A stretch of 64,000 nt of DNA from Phoronis australis (Eukaryota > Animalia > Phoronida): contig NMRA01000744.1 of NCBI GenBank assembly GCA_002633005.1, positions 59,489 through 123,488 on the forward strand, read 5' to 3'. This document shows, piece after piece, positions 25,501-38,122 of the stretch. The position numbers and the translations under genes were made by a program. The notes beneath the pieces are model-generated. The model did no database searches, was not told the DNA's origin, and was given only the letters and a program-made list of their open reading frames with translations. The number at the start of each line of letters is the position of its first letter. Within the stretch, counting starts at the first letter, position 1.

Positions 25501-28500
25501 ATTGAATAATCCTTTCTACTCCTTTGACAAGAAAAAAATTGTTTTCTACGTCGTATACTCCAAGCACAGCCTCATATTTTAGATGTATCCAGCATTAACT
25601 ATCCAAACTCCAGATTATCTTCTGTGAACGGATCCTATCCTGAACACCGGGTAATCCAAATCAAAAACGAGGTAAGAAACTGCACACGATATGACTAACT
25701 TTCAATCATCAAATCCACGCACAACCCCAATTTACTCCCAAGATATGAACAGACCCGCACAACACAGGTGTGTGTGTGTGTGTGTCCCTTGTCAGGATAA
25801 ACTATGTCACTAACTCTATACAGGAACTTGCTTCAGTGAGCATGTGTAGAGTGGGGTCAGCTCACTCATTAATACAGAGGAGACTGGGCGACCCAAGATA
25901 AAAGCTTGGGACGCTCTAGCAGTCATCTGCAGGTAACAGATAACAAAACGACAAGCGGTCTGTGACGTTCTGTGAAGGGGGTTTAGCAACATGAAATCTG
26001 ATAGGTCGCTGTTGACCTAGGGGTGAGATGGAGCTTAGATACAGGGGTTTTCAATTCCATTCTCTCTTCCATCAATTTTATATGTGTGGAATCACATAGG
26101 GTAAAACCATACTTAAGTTCAGACAATGTTTCTGAGAAATTATGGACAATCAGAACAATGTAGGAAAGTTTTATGAATTGAAAAAAGATAAAATTTTGGT
26201 AGGTTTTTATCTCAAATTGGCAAGATTTTGCCTTAGTCGAAAACCCCAAGGCAGTATAATTGGTTTTCCTTACGCAGACTACAAACTTCTGAGGATAACT
26301 TGTACAGCCCGTTCACACTACTTAGTAACAATGCTAGCTTTCTCACAAATACTTTCGCCAGTAGCAAACAGTCAATGGCTGCAAGTGTCAGATTTACTGG
26401 CACTTTCCTTGGGGGATTGAGTTACTCCATAACTACTAGTGCTAACTTCAAGGGACATGTATGCATAGGTGAAGGAGGTAGATGTTTATTGTTGCCTTGG
26501 CGAAGAGTAAACCTGTTTGACATCAGTTCTCTCTATAAAAGCAATTTGGTACCAAACTATCTGCTGGTGAAAATGACCCCTTCCTGGACAGTACCTTTGC
26601 CTGACTTAAAAGCTTGTATTTTGGGCATTCATGTGGACCTGGTTTATACGGTAACAAAAGGACTTGACACTAACAGTAGCTAGACAGTTGGTAACTTTTG
26701 CTGTCAGGCAAGTGAAATTTTAAAGTAAGGTGCTGGAATGCTGGTTGATTTGAACCCTGAATTTGTATATCCCCATCTAATGGTAGACAGCAAGTCTTGC
26801 TATCATCAAGATGGATTGTTGACCAGAAGTCTTAGTTACATCTGTACAATTTGGGCAGGTATGCTTTCCTTCTACCAAGTGATTTTTTCATTCACTCGCC
26901 TGACAGCAAAGTTAGCGTCAGTCCTGGACAGAAATATGTTACCAACTTGGAGATAGAAATGTTGAGTTGTGTGCACTGCGCAACATTGCACAATGCTTGT
27001 TTGAGTTGGTGTAGTTTATGTATACTTACAAGAGATAGCAGATTACAATATCTGTAACTGCCCAAACTGGGTGTGTTAGAATTTCAAGAAGTTGGGAGTC
27101 AGAAACAGCCTTAAACCACTGGAATTTTAGTCAAAGTTTTTTCCTAACATAAAACAAAAAAGTATATGAAATCGTAGATTTATCACAAAGCAACTGCACA
27201 TAATTTAAATTTAATTTATGCAATTTAATTTAATTGATAGTAAATAAACCAAAAATACACTGGCTAAATTAACTACAACAGGGAACATCGTAAACAATAC
27301 CAAAAAGTCTAGGTATAAATTATTTAACAATCTGAGAAAATGAAATGGCAAATCCATTTGGATTACTGTACAAAGTAAACAAGTTTACTATAGGAGTGGT
27401 CTGACCAATAAAAATCAGCAGCAGCAGGCTAGCTCAGTGACTAACAGTCTTGGTATGTGAACTTATCAATGAAACTAGGTCATCTGGGTGGGAGTTCAGT
27501 AAACTAGCGACATCTAATGGTAAGCTGAGAAATGACTGGTTGAACAAGATCATTTTCAGGGCAGTAAAATTTTAACGTTATTGCGAACAGACTGTTACCT
27601 AAAAATTCTTATTTCAAACTAATTATCTACCTACAGTTTCTTTGGTTGACAATGTTAAGACTTTCTTAACATGGACAGATTGATTAAGAGCAAGAGTTGC
27701 AGTCATCAGCAGCTTGTACGGTAAAACATTCTAAATTAAAAATTTAAAGACAGAAAACAGTCTGAGACTGAAATATTTCTTTTCACATCATGCTTATTTT
27801 CATAGTCAGATCAGTACCCACGCAAAATTCCAATTCCCAATATCACTTGAGCATTCCATTGCTACTATAGGGAACAAGTAAGGTCAGAGGTGCCAATTTC
27901 CAAACACATGACTTGGGTCGTTCAATAGTTCCCAACAGAGTACAGAAGGAATTTTAAGTGTAGCAAAAAATTTTCAATTCGCGACTCAAAACAGTTAACC
28001 CTTTCAACTACACTCGCTAAATTGACCATAAAGGCCCTGTACAATTCACAACACCCTTCTCACAACACCCAAGCCCCTCTAACCAGGTTGGGAACGTGTG
28101 GAAACATCAACTTTGAGCAAAAAACGCTTCTAATGGAACACCATCCTCACTGTTCTCTAGAATTTGGGAAGCGGAAAGACAAGCAAAAATTGAATTTTGT
28201 TGATTCTGGAATTTGGGGCAGGGGTGATTTGGACGTTTACCATGTTTCTCAAATTTTGGACAATGTTGTTTTTAATCTGTAAAGAGGGCAATTTTGCCAT
28301 CTTCCCAATGATTCTTGAATTTGGGACAGACACATTAAATACTTTTAGAATTTGGGACAAGCTACGACCTTGAGAAAAAACAAGTAACCTTCACTATACC
28401 AAATGACAGACTTTTTACAGTAAATAATATATACAAAAGCAGAACAGCTTTTATTCGGAACTTTTATGCGAGCTTGTTTTGAGGTAAGACCAAAATACGA

Positions 28501-31500
28501 CCAATTTTACAGTATAAGAATTCAATTACAAATTTGTTTCTAAACAGTAGTTTGCGATGAAAAGCAACACCAGAGTTTACAGATATAGAGGAATCACATG
28601 ACTGAGACATCAGAGTGACCATCTGTCTAACCAGAGGGTATATAGTACAAGACACTGTGAATATTATTGATCAGGGTTAATGAGCTATGCAACTGAACTA
28701 ACAACAGTAATACCAAGAGCCCAGCCAACCACACAAGATGTTCAGGGCAGGCCTTGGCAGCTAATAACTCCAGGGTGAGCATTTAACAGTAGGACTTCCC
28801 CTAATAATCCCCAACAGGAGACCACAGTGCAATAATGAACAGGCCTTTAGATGGGAGTTCCACAGAGAGTGGTTTTGTTAAACACATGGGATGTGGCAAG
28901 AGGTGATTTTAAACTCAATCTGAGATCACTGAAATTTGGCTTTGCACAGATGACCCCCTGAGGTATTTCAGAAGAATGTAGAGAATGGGGTGTCATTCCT
29001 TGATAACACAAGCCAGATGTGGGACACTAGCAGAGAAGAGTATTGGGCAGAGGTGGGCTGGGAGGTACTTAGTCCTCCTGCAAGCTGGTTCACATTCCGT
29101 CATGCAATTCCCACCCAAACACTTGGTGAACAGTTAGTTTCCTCTCATAATTACTCACTCCAGCCTGGCTGATCAAAACCTTTAGTAAGACTGTGAGGTA
29201 ACTTGGAGTACACTGTCCTCTCACAGGGGTAACTTTGCCCGATTTCCCTAAACTAACAAGAAACTGCCTTACTGAACCCCCCGCCCTTTACATGCCTTTG
29301 TCTAGAAGATGTCCAGGACACCTAAATGCACACCCACCCCCCACCCCACTCAAATTTAAACACCCTAACTAGGAGCTCTGTTCAGCATTTGGATGCCCTG
29401 TTCAGCTTGGCAACTAAATGAAGTAAGTAAATAAGCAAATAAGCATTGGTGTATCTTAACTAAAAACAGGGTTGAGACCTCATTGGCCTGTCCAGAATAA
29501 AAAGTTAGTTAATGTATGAAGTAAGATACAGTAGACTTAAAGCAATCCATGCCTTCACTGTAAATTACCAGATTATAACAACAGAAATGCAGTCACGCAT
29601 CATTGGTCATGGATGACCTGAGAAACTAGGAAACACATTTTAGACGCCCCATTTTTCAAAATCCTGGATTAACCCCTGGCCCCTAACATGATGAACAGTC
29701 TTGGGCAACTGAATATCAACTCCAATATCAAGATAAATAAGCTCCAATATCAAGATACATGAGCTCCAATATCAAGATATTTCAAAACATGTCTGAAGGA
29801 TTAACAGCAGTTAACACAAGTTACACAGCCATTCAATCAATACTAGGCGAATACTACACCAACCACAGAGAAAGTCTTACACAAAACACTACAAAAACAA
29901 GCCATAACAAGTTTCGATTAAATTTGATGCATATTTGTTTACTGTCACGAGTTTTTTGACTCACTGCTTGTTGTAATCTGGCCAAGCACAAGTGATGCTA
30001 CACATAATTGTACATAAAGAAAATAATTTTTATTATAAATATATAAATTGATTAATAACCTCAACAACGAGCTATTAGGCTTGTGGCACTGATATATAAT
30101 TCATAACTTCTGAATAAACCTAAAAACAACCATCTACCAAGTAACCAAAGCTCACAGAAGAAAACAATAAAACCAAAAAATGTAAAAAAAAATAATTTAA
30201 AATATTTTTAAGTCACACAAATGATTTTCATTCTAAGAAGGTTTGCAAGAGGCGAATAATTTAAAGAGTACACTTTAGATCAACTTAGCCATGTGGGGCA
30301 TGTCAGAAAAAAATTAAGCACATTCAAGTGACCACAGAAATTCTGTTACCATAGCAACACTTAGAGGTCAAGTATGCGACCTTTGACCTGGCAAACAGTC
30401 CCATGAAGTTTCTGAGTGCTAATCTCAAGAGAAAGCTGGAGAAAAACTCAAACCGACTTTTGCGATCTAGACATAAGAGAAACTCAGGGAATACCATTAT
30501 GGAACTGTCTAACTGGATGAACACTCTGGGTCGACATCCAGACAGTTGGAGCTCATCCTTAAGTTGAATGCGGGCATGAACTCTGAGGAATAGCTGATTT
30601 TTAATTAACTAGCACCCTGCAGTTAAATAACTGTCAGGGAATTAATTCTCGTTTTCTACTGGAGGCCTAGACAAGTGTCAGCTAGCTCCTCTCCATTGAC
30701 ATGCCTGCACTATAGTACCAGATCAATACACAATACAAACAAAGACTATGGATTCCTAAGGAACACACATGACTAAAGCATAGAGGTCAGCAAGATCAAT
30801 TTTTAGAGCCAAGGGGTGCAGCGTTGTCAGACAAGTCAGCATTTGACAGAATAAGATAATTCAATATTTGCAAATTGCTTTAAAAAATTCTTGTCGCAGA
30901 TTTTGAGATCAAGTTTGACATATGAAGCGGAAGTCTGAAGCAACACTTGTACAAGGATGGCAAAACACGTCCGATTTTAACATTACGGGACGATTCATCC
31001 AGAATTATTAATATTTTCTTAGGCAAACAAGACCTACGAAGGCATGAAGAGATTAACAGGCACCGTATGCTTTTGAATTTCTCTAATACGATGTCAGTTT
31101 AAATTATAAACAGACAGAACAATCAATGATATTAGAAGTGTTTAATACGCTTTTTCAAAATGTCGAGAACTATGCACAATCCCTCAGTCGAACAAATACA
31201 GTAAAGTCTCACACACAATATGAAAAACAAGTGGAATTAAATTTCTCTTGATTTTCTTCATAAGACGTAAGTGGCAACCAATAAATACTTCTAAATCAAA
31301 CCCACCACCAGACGATATTTTGAAAGTAAAACTGGGCATTCACAACAAGGGTAGAAGCATGTGAAAAAACAGTTTTTGGCAATTGTAGTTGGTCGAAAAT
31401 GGCGAGATTGTACAGCGCATCTTAATATGAGGACAATTTGCCCAAACTGGGCAGAAGAGCATGGGAGAGTGCTTATCAAACAAACAAGACAACCCAAGCA

Positions 31501-33052
31501 AAGTATTGATTGGCTTTTGAGTGAGGACACATGTCTAGACCTTATCTCAGCCCAGATCCATTATCAGGTTATGGAATGAAGGAGAGCAGCTAAAATCATA
31601 GGATGAACTGTGTTTTACCAGTCAGCCGTTGGCATCTGTTCCCAGTTGTTGAGGAGGATGTCAAGCAAACATTCCACATGAGCATCTGAGCAATGAAGAA
31701 CAGCTCATCAATAGGAAAAGAAGAGTCAAGACAAACCTTGGCAAGCGCAGAAGACGTAGAAGACGTGGCGGCAGACTCGCCCCGAGTTCAAGGCTGATGC
31801 CAAAACCACCACTGGACACCGTGCGCATACCAACGACCCAAAGTGTAGATGTTGACACAGAAATTAAAGTTCAACTGAGCCAGACTATGTACCACAAAAC
31901 CCTCGAGTATGAAAATCAATGTTCGTGTCGCCGCTTTCCGTACTTTTTCTTGAACTTGCCAAGCAAGAAACAGTCCAGAAAGGACAATGGTTGTTAATTT
32001 GTATGATGTAATTTTTACTTGGAGTACTGGTTAAGGTCCGACACATGTATCCTCTTCCGCAAATCCCTCAGGGAACTTTCTTTGCAGAAGAGAATTTTTT
32101 ATAAAAGTCATTCATTCTCGAGTTTCTGGGTTATGTCATGGTTGTAATGTGGCTGACTAATATTGAATGACATCAGCCTAAATGACCTTCAATGAATGAC
32201 ATTCATCCATTTTTATGTAAACGGAGAACTGATAATGCACGACTCCAAAACAAACGTTCCTCTACAGGAATAACAAGGAAAGCATACGAAAAAGATGGAA
32301 GGTACATGCAATGCTGCAGTTTAGAAGCACTTTCAAGGTAATTGTCAACCTTCATGGAAATTTCTCTTCAAAAAAGTCAACATTCACGTAATGTATGCAT
32401 TCATATTTTTCAAAGCTTCTCTCAACATTTGATTAAACGAATTATCCATGTGCCAAATATGAATTGTTTGGATGGTTTCAACTGATTTCAATAACAAGGC
32501 AATCTATATCAACCATTTTCAGACCTTTTGACTTTCAATACAGTCAACAGTTTTAAACAACCTTTACTCTTTAAGCATTCGTAGATGCGCAAGAAATTTT
32601 GCACATACACAAATTGATTTATGGCAGAGTGAAGCATTTTTTTATTTTTCCTCCAAACAACGAAGAGATATCGAGGGTTGAAAAGTAACAATTAAAAGTT
32701 ATTCGATGAAAAACGAAAAAGAAAAATCATGGAGATTGACATTTACTTAAGACGGAGAGTCATAATTATGAATCATAGAAATCTCTTCACACCTTAATAC
32801 CGAACACATTCAATACAACTGACAACCAATCAAGGACAATGTAGAAAAACGTACACGCAGAATTTTGTAAAAAAATCTTAGTGATTAAGAAAGCCAGAAG
32901 TGATACTCGACGTAAACACAGCCAGTCTTACCTGCCAATGCCCGAATACGGGACCTCTCAAACAGCCTGGCCGAGTTCGAACCGTCTTCGTCCTCCATCG
33001 GCCCGGGGTCCCACCGATTGCTGACGAAACGCTGATCCACCTCCATGGTCAT
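4464..33052 (-). CDS. beta-Spec: Beta-spectrin (conventional, SPTBN1/Drosophila beta-Spec-like), 5' part: 13 coding exons, about 782 aa; continues beyond the left edge
   Basis: Spliced translation MTMEVDQ...[33 protein letters not shown]...CH1/CH2...spectrin repeats 1-5. All introns are GT-AG with consistent phases. Exon lengths sum to 2346 nt when the duplicated exons 6-8 are counted once. Confidence 0.97.
4956..5183. repeat. 99-bp degenerate tandem repeat covering the 3' end and donor of spectrin exon 12
   Basis: ggaga...aagcc.ctcccactgacc at 4956, 5055, 5154; ctcacgtgcttacctg occurs twice. Confidence 0.88.
5109..5309 (-). CDS. beta-Spec: Beta-spectrin exon 12 ([13 protein letters not shown]...[13 protein letters not shown])
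   Basis: Repeat 4; 201 nt, phase 0-0. Confidence 0.95.
5614..5858 (-). CDS. beta-Spec: Beta-spectrin exon 11 ([13 protein letters not shown]...[20 protein letters not shown]...LLNKHK)
   Basis: Conserved YxPCDPQ insert of repeat 3 and start of repeat 4; 245 nt. Confidence 0.95.
6493..6658 (-). CDS. beta-Spec: Beta-spectrin exon 10 ([29 protein letters not shown]...FAEVG)
   Basis: Repeat 3; 166 nt; donor gtgagt. Confidence 0.95.
7031..7169 (-). CDS. beta-Spec: Beta-spectrin exon 9 ([46 protein letters not shown])
   Basis: Repeat 2/3 junction, translated by hand; 139 nt; GT-AG. Confidence 0.95.
7586..7843 (-). CDS. beta-Spec: Beta-spectrin exon 8, copy A
   Basis: Same protein as 10165-10422; 4 synonymous differences counted by eye. 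Confidence 0.9.
8164..8346 (-). CDS. beta-Spec: Beta-spectrin exon 7, copy A
   Basis: Same protein as 10743-10925; 5 synonymous differences counted by eye. Confidence 0.9.
9530..9830 (-). CDS. beta-Spec: Beta-spectrin exon 6, copy A (probably the second allele)
   Basis: Same protein as 12123-12423; 4 synonymous differences counted by eye. Confidence 0.9.
10165..10422 (-). CDS. beta-Spec: Beta-spectrin exon 8, copy B ([35 protein letters not shown]...RINA)
   Basis: Spectrin repeat 2; 258 nt. Confidence 0.93.
10743..10925 (-). CDS. beta-Spec: Beta-spectrin exon 7, copy B ([26 protein letters not shown]...ELALRDELI)
   Basis: Spectrin repeat 1; 183 nt. Confidence 0.93.
12123..12423 (-). CDS. 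beta-Spec: Beta-spectrin exon 6, copy B ([27 protein letters not shown]...VEKPP)
   Basis: End of CH2, neck, start of repeat 1; 301 nt. Confidence 0.93.
12437..12542. repeat. Compound (AAT/AAC/GAT)n microsatellite just upstream of the exon 6 acceptor
   Basis: Visible directly; a truncated copy ends at the N at 9895. Confidence 0.9.
13733..13848 (-). CDS. beta-Spec: Beta-spectrin exon 5 ([38 protein letters not shown])
   Basis: CH2 motif; not in the ORF track in this frame, translated by hand; ttttctttcag|...|gtgagt; 116 nt. Confidence 0.95.
13865..13945. repeat. 13-bp tandem repeat x6 (cggggtcaatcca) next to the exon 5 acceptor
   Basis: Six near-perfect copies. Confidence 0.95.
18310..18482 (-). 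CDS. beta-Spec: Beta-spectrin exon 4, CH2 start (IQDITVEE...[17 protein letters not shown]...FNALIHKHR)
   Basis: Typical CH2 sequence; 173 nt; donor gtgagt. Confidence 0.96.
20337..20510 (-). CDS. beta-Spec: Beta-spectrin exon 3 ([18 protein letters not shown]...[12 protein letters not shown])
   Basis: CH1 second signature [20 protein letters not shown]; 174 nt, phase 0-0. Confidence 0.96.
20656..21001. mobile_element. Degenerate MITE with (T)ACCGTAAAA-type TIRs and internal GGCCTTGTATTTGG repeats
   Basis: Left accgtaaaacgtg...taaggtcatggc matches the reverse complement of right gtcatggccttacatgccaggttttatggta. Confidence 0.55.
21350..21501 (-). CDS. beta-Spec: Beta-spectrin exon 2, CH1 start ([51 protein letters not shown])
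   Basis: [10 protein letters not shown] actinin-type ABD signature; ttttcag|...|gttagt; 152 nt. Confidence 0.96.
25463..25502 (-). CDS. Candidate alternative first coding exon of beta-spectrin ([13 protein letters not shown])
   Basis: ATG...GCAG|gtagat, 40 nt, ends in phase 1 as exon 2 requires; KVRRLA-D parallels RIRALA-D of exon 1. Confidence 0.65.
29718..29780. repeat. About 23-bp tandem repeat x3 (core ctccaatatcaagata)
   Basis: Visible directly. Confidence 0.85.
32932..33052 (-). CDS. beta-Spec: Beta-spectrin coding exon 1 ([40 protein letters not shown]); acceptor 22 nt upstream of the ATG (exon starts 33074)
   Basis: Conserved [14 protein letters not shown] motif; ggcaccATG context; acceptor cttttctctgttgtag; donor CAG|gtaaga; ends in phase 1. 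Confidence 0.92.
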
Positions 33053-34304
33053 GGTGCCACGCCCTTCCAAGGTCCTACAACAGAGAAAAGTTGTGAATAC
33101 AGCGCATTATAACGCACACACACACAAAAAGTTAGAGGCTTAATAACACCAACACACGACCCAATGTACTTTACAAAGAACTGACCGCCAACTAGTTCGA
33201 ATTGGTCACACTTTGTTTCCAACTCATTGCATGTGAGCCACGATGCGTCAAAGCAAAATCAACTCATCAATGCGGCGGCTCACAGAAATTCATGCACACT
33301 GCAGGGCGCATGACCTTGACGTTTGTCACGAAGCAAAACTGTAAATCATTCAGAGTACATAGCTGGGACTTGAGAAATCTGTGACTCGTAGCAATGACAT
33401 GGTCAAAGAACATATAGAATATCTGTTATTTATTTTAATCTTATCAGACACATGAAATGGAATACACAGAAAATTATTAAAACAGAAACGGCACAGCAAC
33501 TTTCATTTGTATGGAAAAAGCAGGCAATTTCTAACTGAAACTGTTTTAATCACTCGATCAAGCCAAGTCTAATACGCAAACTTCAAAATAGAATAAAATT
33601 AGCAGGCCCAGAAGCTTCACGTGGAAACAATGAAATCCATTCAAGAATTCAGGGCTTCAGGCAAAAAGTTCACACTAACATCCAATCATATTCTCAGATA
33701 ATGCACAACCAGTAATGCTAATTCGCCACATCAAAAAAAGTAACTATAGCAACAAAAAAAGGAGTTGCGCCCCAAAACCAGAATCAAAACACTACAATGG
33801 TTTTCATATCATCATATTATAGTACGGTACTGCATCAATAACATGTTGGCCAATCAACCCCAAAGCAGTTACAGTTACTGTCTCCCAGGCAACATAAACA
33901 ACATTTGGAAAACTCTGACAACTGAGTAGCCACTCAAAACCTGAGCTGCTGAAGTCTACACATTCAGCCAAGGACATCATGAACAATTTCTTTATGGAAA
34001 TGAACAAAACAGAAAACTGTCAAACAAAAACAGATCCAATGTGAAAGGATCAGAATCCTTCGATAAGCTAACATGTAAATGTTTCCTAAAGCAATTTGCA
34101 AAATTAGTTCCAGTCTGTACGCAGTCTAAGAAATCTGCAATCACAGACTAAAAAAACCCGCCCACCTACATCAATTTCAGCAAAGGTCTTGTGTTTTTTG
34201 AAAAGCTATACAAAGGCACGTAAGCAAGGTTTGAAACGCCACAATACTACAAAGCGATGAGTAAGAAAAACAAATCCCAAATCATTTTTGCTAGTCTCTA
34301 GGGT

Positions 34305-34909
34305 CTCCGATGGAGTTTATCACATCTGACATCATAGCTCAACAAGCTGTTATATTCTAGACAGACCACTGGCACCTCACCTGCTATTACCAAGTTAAAG
34401 GCTACACCCATGCATGCTTACATGCTTGCTTGACTTGGGCCTACAAATGCTGAACAGGGTGTCTTAGCTAGGGTATCTTAATTTAAGTCAGAGTGTTCAT
34501 CTGGTCACCTTCCAGATGAAGGCCTGTGGACCTGTCTAGTCCTGTCGGTAATTTTGGAAATGATCAAAAGAAATTCAAGAAGCAAACTCTGACTTGGAAA
34601 GAAATGNCTCCGATGAAGTTTATCATATCTGACATCATAGCTCAACAAGCTGTTATATTCTAGACAGACCACTGGCACCTCACCTGCTATTACCAAGTTA
34701 AAGGCTACACCCATGCATGCTTACATGCTTGCTTGACTTGGGCCTACAAATGCTGAACAGGGTGTCTTAGCTAGGGTATCTTAATTTAAGTCAGAGTGTT
34801 CATCTGGTCACCTTCCAGATGAAGGCCTGTGGACCTGTCTAGTCCTGTCAGTAATTTTGGAAATGATCAAAAGAAATTCAAGAAGCAAACTCTGACTTGG
34901 AAAGAAATG
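34305..34909. other. Apparent 302-bp tandem duplication joined by a single N (34607); probable contig-overlap artefact
   Basis: Near-identical copies directly on each side of the N. Confidence 0.85.
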
Positions 34910-37899
34910 GCACGGTTACCAAGGAAGCCAATCCTTCCAAATTGGTTTGTGCTAAGGTTCGTGCTATGTTGCATTGATTATTAATATCCAAGTAAGCACT
35001 GAAAATCTCATCTGATAAGAACCATTCACTGTGAATAATATGCTTGGTTCATCAATGAGGCAATTATACATGACATTAAGCAGTGGTACAGTGTGAACAC
35101 AGGAGTGCTTTTAAGCTGAAACGCCTTCAATCAAAACAGTAAATGAACATCAAACACAACACATTTTATTCTCAATATACCAGACAGTAGCTCCACCTAG
35201 TGTCTGGTGATGGAAGCAGCTTCTCCAGACATACTGCTTGTGGCGCATACGGTGACTGGCCGCTCAACCTAACTCATAGAACCCAGTCATCAACCAAGCA
35301 CTGAAATCACTTCCAGTCCCAGAAGGAACAAGACTGATTTTTATAGCCATAAGGGGTCTATGCTAAAAGCATTCTGCAAAAAAGGGAACATAACAGCTTT
35401 AACAACTGCCAAGATCTTTTATTTGGACAGCAAAATGCCATTTGTTATTCACTAACCTGCCACGCCAGGTGCAGCTCTAGAACATAATTTCAAGCTACTT
35501 TCTTTGATCAATTACTAGCCAAGACAGGCACAACAAAGTTTGCCCTGACTGCAAAAGTAAGCTGAAGACTACAAGTCAAAGAGTGCATAAGGTGTAGCAT
35601 AGCGTGGACGGAGAAAAAAGCAACTTACTGTAACAGACGGGATAAATCGGTTCAAAATAAAATGATTATAATTTCAGGGTTTACAGTGTGAAAGTCACAT
35701 CACTAAAGATCATTTTACCAGAAAAAAATTATCGCCAATTCAAATCTGCCATTTATAAACAACCTTCGACACAGGGAACATAAACGGGCAGGTAATTTCG
35801 ACCTCCAATAATTCAGAGTCTAAATTTGACATTTCAAATCAAAAATAGGAAATCCAGGTCGAAATATTGTTCTTCAAATCACCGCTAGAGGTACTGGTAT
35901 CAAGTGTACATTGGGTTCTCAGTTGAAATTTTGCCTTTTATTTGTTTTTTACGTGAAAAAGCAAGCTACTGAGTTACAAATATTTGTACTTGTGATCAAG
36001 GTGCACTAGAATTAATTTTTTATTAACTTCAAGTGGAACTTCCAAGTGAAATTTCCCGTAAAATTCACATAGTGCAGAATACGCAAAAATAAAACTTGTG
36101 AATCAGCTCACATAAAAAATATCATCAATTGATAAACTTAATCCACAAGGTAATAAACAGGCAAAATTTATTATTCTTGAGAAGTTCACCTTTACATCGG
36201 TATGGTTGGTTGCTTAGCTACATAAAGGACATCCAACAATGTCCAGCGATCTTTCATGGCCACATAGCTACAGAGTAGTTATTCTGGGTTTTAATGCAAT
36301 GAAGTGTGCAACAAAAACAAAGAAAACACATCAGAAATATAAACTTTAATGTGTCTTTCCCTTAGCAAATGCTAATTTTCAAATGCCAGCAGTCATAAAA
36401 TCAATACACAATAAGGATATGTGTGTATTTTACAGCTTTGTTTTACAACAATAAACTGATCAGTAAATACCACCATGGTAACTGCACCATCAGTTACCAT
36501 CCATAGGCACCATATACACTGTACATACACAGCGATTACAAACAATTTTATGACAATTTGATGCCTTTAAAAAACTAACATAGCCATGTAAAACAGCACC
36601 TGCCACTGAAGTCGAATTTGTCGAGCTAGGTAAAATTTGAGGTCAATAATTCAAAGTTTAGGTAGCCAAAATTTCACAATTAGAGGTGTCTCATTTCAGA
36701 GCTCTCCATATGTCACCCTGGATGAGAGAGGACTTCTTTGTACTGACCTTGTGTTACTTGAAACCAGACTTAAACCACAATTATACTGTGGTAGCCTATG
36801 CTGAAAAAAGATGATTTTAGACACCTATGGTCAAGTATTGCTGTATTAGCCACCACGGTACACTGTTAAACACCAGTTGTGCAGTATTCCAAGAAATTTC
36901 AAATGAGGTATAATCACACCTTTTCCCCGATTTCCCATGGCATGGTTAAGGACTCGGATACACACTGCACTGGGTTTGCAGTTTACAAATTTTAACTGTT
37001 TGATCCTACACTCACCTAAGTCCCCTTTTCTCATAAATTCTATGGAACATTTTATTTTGATGCCTTAATTTGCGGAAAAGGTTAAACTCTATCAGCAAGT
37101 TTGTTGGAAATCATACAAAGTGGGGGGAATCTAGTAACTTGAGGCCAGTTGTGACATTGACACCAGCAATATAACACAATAATGAAGTGCTTTTCTACAT
37201 AGTTTACACTCTAACAGTCAAATGCCATATCATTGCTCAAACAAGTAGAGGAAATCAAAAGCAGGTAAACAATTGTTACAAGCCAGTGCAATAATCCTTC
37301 CCAACAAGCTGCCTACAAAGGCTGACTGTGGGATCTAATTGTATGAGGAATTTCCCACTGTACATAGAGAAGAAGCCAGATAATGCCACTGAACAGCTTG
37401 TACAAACAGAGGTGTTGAATGACAGGAACATACAATCACATCCAGCCTGGGCACATGTCACTGGGACTAGTACAAGAACAACAAATAACCGTGAGGTGTG
37501 GGACTGTGGCCTGAATACCACAACTGGGACTATATTATGACCTGCCGTGTGGGTACCACAGAGGCTGGGTGAATCATGCACCCAGTTTCCATGCAGTAAA
37601 GAATCATCTTGCCCTACAGTATATACGATACATTGCACAAGCCCAGTGTAACAGACTTGACAACCATCTAGTTATTCTGATGCAACTCACAAGGCAACTA
37701 CAGATCTCTGTAGGCTTAGAATGCAGGAATGTGCAAATAACTTCAAACAACTTGTATAGCAGCACTGAAAGCTGTCTTCTGGATATGATACGGTATTTTT
37801 TGGGCAACAGTACTATTGTATAGTAATATGGTATCAATATCAACATCAATGTAGTACTCAGCTGGATATATTGTGACCTTCCCTCTAAACATTACCAAA

Positions 37900-38122
37900 C
37901 AGGGCTTGGAATGACCAATGACAAAAAGAGGAAAACTTTCCGGGACAATTATCGTTCCACAAATTAATAGGTTTAAGCGATAGAAAAACTTGTTGTGTTG
38001 CAAATAAATGTTTTTGTATGAATTAAGTCAAAAAAATGATAAAAAAAGAGACGAAAAAAGAGGAAACTGGAAATCAAATAAGAGGACATCGAAACCAAAA
38101 CAGAAGAAAATTCCAAGCCCTG
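37900..38122. mobile_element. Second, shorter MITE of the same family, 6-bp TSD ACCAAA
   Basis: CAGGGCTTGGAATGACCAATG...GAAAATTCCAAGCCCTG; perfect 13-bp TIR; ACCAAA at 37894-37899 and 38123-38128. Confidence 0.85.

Noticed and set aside
27505-35895. CTCF-like motifs near 27507, 35189 and 35881
   Set aside because: Imperfect matches expected by chance over this length; untestable without ChIP data
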